DNA of 64,000 nucleotides from the NCBI GenBank assembly GCA_963846575.1, contig CAWJWJ010000002.1:800001-864000 (forward strand), in the 5' to 3' direction. The notes under the pieces are model-generated. The model was not told where the DNA came from. It saw only the letters and a list, made by a program, of their open reading frames with translations, and ran no database searches. Origin of the DNA: an uncultured Nitrospiraceae bacterium (GTDB taxonomy: Bacteria > Nitrospirota > Nitrospiria > Nitrospirales > Nitrospiraceae). The translations under genes were made by a program, and so were the position numbers. This document shows positions 58,187 through 64,000 of this stretch, piece by piece (within the stretch, counting starts at the first letter, position 1; each line of letters begins with the position of its first letter).

Positions 58187-59548
58187 ATGAAGGCCAAGAC
58201 TTCTTTTCATTGCCAGGCATGCGGCCATCAGGCGCCAAGATGGCTCGGGCGCTGTCCTGACTGCGGAGGCTGGAACACCCTTAAGGAAGAGCGTCTGCCC
58301 GCGGCTCCCAAAGGCCGACAAGCCCTCTTGAAAACGGCCATGGCCGTGGCGACGCCGATTTCGGACATCGAGATCGTCGGTGAGCCCCGCAACAGTACGG
58401 GGATGGGTGAGTTCGACCGAGTGTTGGGTGGCGGAGTGGTCCCCGGGTCGGTCATGCTGATCGGCGGCGACCCCGGCATCGGCAAGACGACGCTGCTATT
58501 GCAAGCTTTGCCGCTCCTCGCGGGGACGGGCGAGCAAGTGCTGTATGTGTCAGGCGAGGAATCCCCCCGACAAATCAAGATGCGGGCCCAGCGCCTCGGT
58601 ATCGACGGCAAGGACCTTCTCATTCTGGGGGAAACCTCGCTCGAACAAATTTTGAAGTCCATCCAGGAAGTCCAGCCGGCGGCGGTGGTAGTGGATTCGA
58701 TTCAAACGGTCTATACGGAGCAACTCACCTCTGCGCCGGGCAGCATCAGCCAGGTGCAGGAGGTGGCCGGGCAGTTGATGTGGTTCGCCAAACGCAGCAA
58801 CGTGCCGGTATTTATTATCGGGCACGTGACGAAAGAAGGAGCCATCGCGGGCCCCCGGTTGCTCGAACATATCGTGGACACGGTATTGTACTTCGAAGGG
58901 GACAAAAGCCACAGTTTTCGCATTCTGCGAGCCGTTAAGAACAGGTTTGGTTCGACCAACGAGATCGGTGTGTTCGAGATGAAGGATGGCGGGCTGGAGG
59001 AAGTCAGCAATCCGTCCGAATTGTTTCTTGCCGAGCGGCCGAAACGCAGCACGGGTTCTGTTGTGGTCTCAAGCCTGGAGGGGACCAGACCTATTCTCGT
59101 GGAGCTGCAGGCGTTGGTGTCAGGATCTAATTATGCGATGCCGAAGCGGATGGCCAACGGGGTGGAACCCAACCGCCTCTCGCTGTTGCTCGCGGTCATG
59201 GAAAAACGCTTGGGCATGCACCTCTCCGGACAGGATGTCTACGTAAACGTCGTCGGCGGTATTCACATCGACGAGCCGGCCATTGATTTGGGAATCGTTG
59301 CGGCGGTGACGTCGAGCCTGCGCGAGTGTCCGGTCGATTTTACGACGCTTGTGATGGGCGAAGTCGGGCTGGGCGGGGAGGTTCGGGCGATCAGCCAGGC
59401 GGAGCTTCGAATTCGCGAGGCGGCCAAAATGGGATTCAAACGTTGTCTATTGCCGGAGCGGAACATGGCGAAACTCGAACCGGTCGAAGGTATCGAATTG
59501 ATCGGCATTCATGAAGTCGGAGACGCGCTGGATGCGGTGCTGGCGTAG
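58187..59548 (+). CDS. radA: DNA repair protein RadA/Sms
   Basis: CxxC...CxxC zinc finger, GDPGIGKTT, KNRFG, Lon-like C-terminus. Confidence 0.98.
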   Translation: MKAKTSFHCQACGHQAPRWLGRCPDCGGWNTLKEERLPAAPKGRQALLKTAMAVATPISDIEIVGEPRNSTGMGEFDRVLGGGVVPGSVMLIGGDPGIGKTTLLLQALPLLAGTGEQVLYVSGEESPRQIKMRAQRLGIDGKDLLILGETSLEQILKSIQEVQPAAVVVDSIQTVYTEQLTSAPGSISQVQEVAGQLMWFAKRSNVPVFIIGHVTKEGAIAGPRLLEHIVDTVLYFEGDKSHSFRILRAVKNRFGSTNEIGVFEMKDGGLEEVSNPSELFLAERPKRSTGSVVVSSLEGTRPILVELQALVSGSNYAMPKRMANGVEPNRLSLLLAVMEKRLGMHLSGQDVYVNVVGGIHIDEPAIDLGIVAAVTSSLRECPVDFTTLVMGEVGLGGEVRAISQAELRIREAAKMGFKRCLLPERNMAKLEPVEGIELIGIHEVGDALDAVLA

Positions 59549-60383
59549 CATCAACCTTTTCAGCGCAGTGCTCCTGTGTGTCGTGATCACTGGGGCGCTG
59601 CCCGGTTGTGCGCTGTTCGGGCCATCGGATACCAGGCCTCTCAAGCAGGCGACGGCTGAGCAGTTGACCACGCTTCTGCAGGAGCAGGCGGAGGAAGTAC
59701 GGACGATCAAGGGCCTCTTCACCGCGAAGATCACCGGCGGCATTCTGCCCATCGGTCAACGAGTTCAAGGGACAGTCTTCTATCAACGCCCCAATGCCAT
59801 CAGGCTGCGTGGTTTCACGGCGGTGGGTAGTGAACTGTTTGAGTTCGTGCAGGTCGATGATCTATTCAAACTCCGGCTGCCCACCATGGGCCGGGAGATG
59901 ATCGGGCGCCCCTCTGAGCCTGAGGGGCTCGGGCAGCTCACCCGCTCGTTTCAACTGAGCGTGTGGGCCATGAGCGGAATCATCGGCACGCAGTCGGTAG
60001 GGCCACAAGAGCAGGTGCAGTTATCAGAGGAAGGTGACCGGTATCGACTGGATGTGCTCAGCGGGTCAGGGGCTAATGGAACGGCCCTGACGGTGACCAG
60101 GCGGATCTGGTTCGATCGGCGCAATTTACTGGTCGTGCAGGAAGAAAAAGTTTCTGCGGCGGGGGAGATTGAAGCGACCATGCAGTTCGACGACTATCGC
60201 GCGGTTGGCGCTCCTGACAAGGCCGGCGCGGTCAATGTTCAGGACCCCGGCGCGACCAGACCAATTCTGCGGCCCTTTGTCATCCATATGACCGATGGGC
60301 AACGTTCCGGGAGTGTGCATGTGACCTTTCACGAATTGATTCCTAACGAGCCGATCAAGCCGGGTGAGTTGGGGCGGGTATGA
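59532..60383 (+). CDS. Lipoprotein with LolA/LolB-like beta fold
   Basis: Lipobox LPGC; YQRPNAIRL, RRIWFDR..LLV. Confidence 0.6.
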   Translation: MRCWRSINLFSAVLLCVVITGALPGCALFGPSDTRPLKQATAEQLTTLLQEQAEEVRTIKGLFTAKITGGILPIGQRVQGTVFYQRPNAIRLRGFTAVGSELFEFVQVDDLFKLRLPTMGREMIGRPSEPEGLGQLTRSFQLSVWAMSGIIGTQSVGPQEQVQLSEEGDRYRLDVLSGSGANGTALTVTRRIWFDRRNLLVVQEEKVSAAGEIEATMQFDDYRAVGAPDKAGAVNVQDPGATRPILRPFVIHMTDGQRSGSVHVTFHELIPNEPIKPGELGRV

Positions 60384-61204
60384 CATCGCGATCGGCGCTG
60401 CATATGCTGGCGATCGATACGGCCACGGCCTGGCAAAGCGTCGCGTTGCTGCGGGATGAGCGGGTCTTAGCCGTCGCCGAGCAGGATGCCCAGGGCTCTC
60501 ACGCGCGTTCGCTGATGGGTGCCATCGATCGGGTCTTGCGAGAAACCGGTCTTGAGCTACGCGAGTTACAGAGCCTGGCGGTATCCATCGGGCCCGGATC
60601 ATTCACTGGACTGCGCGTGGGGCTTGCCACGATGCTGGGATTCCGTGCCGTTCTGGGATTGTCCGTGACACCGGTTCCGACTCTGGAGGCCATGGCGTGG
60701 AACCTGCGTGAGGCCAAAGGGCTGCTGGTGCCAGTACTCAAGAGCCGACACAATGAAGTGTACTGGGCTGCGTATGAGTGGTTACCGGGATCGGTCCTGA
60801 ACACGCGCATCACTGAACAGGTAGGGTCGCCTTCTGCCGTCGCTCGAGCCTTACAGGGACATGAGACTGTCACTTTATTCGGCGATGGGTGGCAGACCTA
60901 TGGACAGGAAATCAGGCAGGCGGTTGAGTCGATCGGAGGACAGGTTGTGGAGGCCGGGTCAGACCAGCAGCGCCCCTCTGCTATCAGTGTGGCGCATGCA
61001 GCGCGGCGGTTCGTTCAAAGTGGGCAGGTTCCCGAAACCTCCATCGTTCCGCTCTACGTGCAGCGCACCGAGGCCGAAGTGAAGTTTGAGGAACAGCAGG
61101 GCCTGTCGGCGCTGGAGCGGCGGCGGGAGCGGGTGGCCAAGAAGATGGCGCAGGGTCGGCGGCGAGTGAAACGGGAGGGTGCTGATCCGCGAGCCACAAC
61201 GTAG
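60380..61204 (+). CDS. tsaB: t6A biosynthesis protein TsaB
   Basis: LAIDTAT, HARSL, GPGSFTGLRVG, PLYV. Confidence 0.95.
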   Translation: MTSRSALHMLAIDTATAWQSVALLRDERVLAVAEQDAQGSHARSLMGAIDRVLRETGLELRELQSLAVSIGPGSFTGLRVGLATMLGFRAVLGLSVTPVPTLEAMAWNLREAKGLLVPVLKSRHNEVYWAAYEWLPGSVLNTRITEQVGSPSAVARALQGHETVTLFGDGWQTYGQEIRQAVESIGGQVVEAGSDQQRPSAISVAHAARRFVQSGQVPETSIVPLYVQRTEAEVKFEEQQGLSALERRRERVAKKMAQGRRRVKREGADPRATT

Positions 61205-61231
61205 GCAGACGGTCCGCAAAATGGTGGCAGA

Positions 61232-61783
61232 ATGACTCCGGACAGTTTGACGATCGAACCGGCGACCGCCGAAGCGCTCGATGCGGTGTGGGCAATCGAA
61301 CAGGCTTGCTTCTCTGCTCCCTGGACGCGCAAAATGTTGGAAGCAGAACTGTCTGGTAATCCATTCGCGCACTTCCTGCTGGCGAAGTGTCCCGACCCTC
61401 TGTCTGGAGACCTCGTTATCGCAGGCTATTTTTGTTTCTGGATCGTGTTTGAGGAAGTGCGATTGATGAATCTGGCTGTATTGGAGCCGTTCCGCAGGCA
61501 GGGAATCGCGACGCATTTGGTCTGCGCGGCCTTGCGCATGGGCCTGAAACGAACGGCCAATCGGGCGATGCTGGAGGTCCGGGCGTCAAATCAGCAGGCG
61601 ATCACGCTCTATCACCGGCTGGGGTTTCGTCCGACGGCCACGCGCGCGCGTTACTATACGAATCCGGAGGAAGATGGGGTGCTGATGGAGATGACGCCGC
61701 TCCAGGTGAGCACTTTCTGTGGGTTGCCGCAAGACACACTGCAGGAGCCGGGTCACAAGACGACTGTTCACGGACGGGTATAG
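61232..61783 (+). CDS. rimI: Ribosomal-protein-alanine N-acetyltransferase
   Basis: IEQACFSAPW, NLAV..FRRQGIA, LEVRASN..AITLY..LGF, YY..PEED. Confidence 0.93.
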   Translation: MTPDSLTIEPATAEALDAVWAIEQACFSAPWTRKMLEAELSGNPFAHFLLAKCPDPLSGDLVIAGYFCFWIVFEEVRLMNLAVLEPFRRQGIATHLVCAALRMGLKRTANRAMLEVRASNQQAITLYHRLGFRPTATRARYYTNPEEDGVLMEMTPLQVSTFCGLPQDTLQEPGHKTTVHGRV

Positions 61784-61801
61784 TCAACCAGGAGGTGCAC
61801 T

Positions 61802-62017
61802 ATGCAGGCTGAGACTGCGATCACTGATCGGTTACGACAATCCAACACAGAATTTCGAGCCCTTGAGGAGTCTCACCATCGCCTCGATGCGGAGTTGGCC
61901 GATTTGCAGCGTCGACACGTCCTGACCCCTGCCGAAGAAGTACTGAAGAAACAATTGCAGAAAGAAAAACTAGCCACGAAGGATAGGATGGCCGAGCTCA
62001 TTCGCACCTCCCGTTAG
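61802..62017 (+). CDS. DUF465/YdcH family protein
   Basis: AGGAGG RBS; EFRAL..SHHRLD...LQKEKLATKD. Confidence 0.85.
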   Translation: MQAETAITDRLRQSNTEFRALEESHHRLDAELADLQRRHVLTPAEEVLKKQLQKEKLATKDRMAELIRTSR

Positions 62018-62092
62018 GGAGATCGAAGAGTCCCCCGACCGGCCTCACGATTGAGGTGGCGGAGAGCCGGGTCCGTTTGTTTTAGAGAGGCG

Positions 62093-62863
62093 ATGCTCGC
62101 ACCACTAGCCGCCCATATTCAGTCGCTCAAGAAGCGACTACTGATCATCGCGGGGACCTTGGGCATCGCGTTTGCGACGGCGTTCGCGTACTCCTCCGAG
62201 ATGGTCGCCTGGCTCAATCGGCCCTTTCCCGATCAGCTTGTGTTCTACGGTCCCACCGAAGCGCTCTTCGCTTCCATCAAGGTGTCATTTCTGGCAGGCA
62301 TCATCCTCAGCCTGCCGATGATTTTCTACCAGGTGTGGAAATTCATTGCTCCGGCCTTGCTTCCCAAGGAACAGCGGTGGGCCATTCCCCTCTTCCTGCT
62401 GGCCGCGCTGCTTTTTACGTTGGGACTCGTTTTTTGCAATCTCGTCATTCTGCCGTTGGTGATCGACTTCTTCATCAGCTTCGGTATGGATCGGGATATC
62501 ACTCCCGCCTTGGGGGTGGGTACCTACATTGATTTTAACGTCAAATTCCTCCTGATCTTCGGCTGCGCGTTTGAGTTGCCGCTGGTCCTGACCCTGCTTG
62601 CGCGGGCCGGAGTGATCTCGGCGACGACATTGGCCCACTATCGTAAACATGCCATCATGGCGGCATTGATTATTTCGGCCATCGTGACGCCGGACGCCAC
62701 CCTGTTCACGATGCTACTGATGGCGGTGCCGCTCATGGTACTGTATGAGATCGGGATTCTGGGTGCCAAGATCTTCGGGCGTGCAGGAGGGCCGACGCCC
62801 GGTGTGAATGTGCCGGTGGATCCTGATATACCGATAGGTACTGCCGGGCATCGAGTCAGGTAG
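62093..62863 (+). CDS. tatC: Twin-arginine translocase subunit TatC
   Basis: YQVWKFIAPALLPKE, FGCAFELP, AIVTPD, PLMVLYEIGI. Confidence 0.95.
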   Translation: MLAPLAAHIQSLKKRLLIIAGTLGIAFATAFAYSSEMVAWLNRPFPDQLVFYGPTEALFASIKVSFLAGIILSLPMIFYQVWKFIAPALLPKEQRWAIPLFLLAALLFTLGLVFCNLVILPLVIDFFISFGMDRDITPALGVGTYIDFNVKFLLIFGCAFELPLVLTLLARAGVISATTLAHYRKHAIMAALIISAIVTPDATLFTMLLMAVPLMVLYEIGILGAKIFGRAGGPTPGVNVPVDPDIPIGTAGHRVR

Positions 62864-62898
62864 CCGATGCCCACAATCTTAGGGGGGAGGGTCCGGCC

Positions 62899-63975
62899 AT
62901 GATACGTCACCTATTGGTGTTGACGGCACTGAGCCTGGGTTCTCTGTATGGAACGGCCCAGGCGGTCTCCGCCCCGGACGGAAGTGTGAGGCCTGGCTCG
63001 CCCACGTTGGAGCAGGCGCACCCCGGCGTCGATCCCGGAAACCCAGTCGATATCGGCAATACGAGTATTCAGGCCCTCGCCACCGGAGCCGGCGGGGTCG
63101 TCTACGCCGGGTCGTTCGGGATGGGTATTTTCAGGAGTGAGGACCGAGGGGGTAGCTGGACCGCGGTGAATGTGGGATTAACGGACCCGTTCGTGCTCTG
63201 TCTCACCACTGCGAAAGACGGCGCCATTTATGCCGGTACCTTTCGCGGCGGGGTGTTCCGGTCACGGGATGCGGGTAAGAGTTGGCAGCCTGTCAATAAC
63301 GGGCTCAAGCGTCTCGAGATCAAAGCCTTGATGGTGGATCCTAAGGGGCTCTTCGCCGGCACCGGAGATGGCGTCTATTTGTTGAATGTCGCCGAAGATC
63401 AATGGAAAGTCCTCACGACCGGTCTGGATGAAGTGCTGGTGCATGCGCTGGCGCGGACCCACGACGGCACGCTGTATGCCGGCACCTCCGGGAAAGGGGT
63501 GCATAGTTACAAGGAGCGGTCAGGGGGATGGACGCGCCTTCGCCAGGGCTTGCGTGATCACGAAGGACTGGTGGAGAACTTCATACGAGTCTTGGCAGTG
63601 GATAAAGAACAGGGCGTGTATGCCGGCACGTTCGACGGCGGGGTCTTTCGGAGCAGTGATGGCGGAAAAACCTGGTTGCCGATCAGCCGGGCCTTACCGA
63701 ATGATTCCATTCGGGGGCTGATCAGTAACGACCGCGGCGTCTATGTGGCCACGGGCCGGGGGATCTTCAAATCCGTCGACAAGGGCCGGCAGTGGGTACC
63801 CTTGAACAAAGGGCTCAGCAATCTGTCGATCCAAGTGTTGATCGAAGGTGAAAAAGGCGGGTTCTATGCAGGAACCAGTTCAGGAGTGTTTCGCAGTGAT
63901 GACGATGGTCTCTCCTGGACCGCAGTCAGCCAGGGTTTGGAAGGGGAGAGTATCGCTCCCTTCAAGTTTAACTGA
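62899..63975 (+). CDS. Exported BNR/Asp-box beta-propeller protein
   Basis: Signal peptide; repeated YAGT..GGVFRSxDxGxSW...NxGL units. Confidence 0.88.
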   Translation: MIRHLLVLTALSLGSLYGTAQAVSAPDGSVRPGSPTLEQAHPGVDPGNPVDIGNTSIQALATGAGGVVYAGSFGMGIFRSEDRGGSWTAVNVGLTDPFVLCLTTAKDGAIYAGTFRGGVFRSRDAGKSWQPVNNGLKRLEIKALMVDPKGLFAGTGDGVYLLNVAEDQWKVLTTGLDEVLVHALARTHDGTLYAGTSGKGVHSYKERSGGWTRLRQGLRDHEGLVENFIRVLAVDKEQGVYAGTFDGGVFRSSDGGKTWLPISRALPNDSIRGLISNDRGVYVATGRGIFKSVDKGRQWVPLNKGLSNLSIQVLIEGEKGGFYAGTSSGVFRSDDDGLSWTAVSQGLEGESIAPFKFN

Positions 63976-64000
63976 GCAGGAAAGGATCTGAGATGACGGC

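Noticed and set aside
63050..63940. Periodic nucleotide similarity near the right end
   Set aside because: Explained by Asp-box protein repeats; not a CRISPR or DNA repeat array

Overview
GC-rich (roughly 60%), densely coding bacterial chromosome segment. Gene content and order look like Nitrospira/Nitrospirota, which is inference only. Most of it is housekeeping: fabI, an Rrf2-led sulfate ABC operon, glyQS, ppdK, ribD/ribE, acsA, proC, a GpgS-like glycosyltransferase, a TPP decarboxylase, RlmI, an OPT transporter, TrmH, radA, tsaB, rimI and tatC. I found no tRNA, rRNA, CRISPR array, integrase or transposase. Reading the DNA directly revealed two genes missing from the ORF track. One is a 907+ codon minus-strand gene running off the left edge, with the architecture REC - PAS - degenerate His-kinase - PilZ - PilZ - LuxD-like acyl-thioesterase. 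The other is a 56-aa small protein at 37878-38048. Other unusual items: a divergent ECF-sigma-like protein carrying its own zinc anti-sigma motif, paired with a membrane anti-sigma-like partner that lacks one; a secreted PHM-like copper monooxygenase; a hexapeptide acyltransferase-PAS fusion; a pseudo-caspase-TPR gene beside a four-lipoprotein operon and an atypical PIN pair; a histone-like tail on PPDK; and a doubly frameshifted methyltransferase. All family assignments come from motif recognition by eye; no database searches were run.
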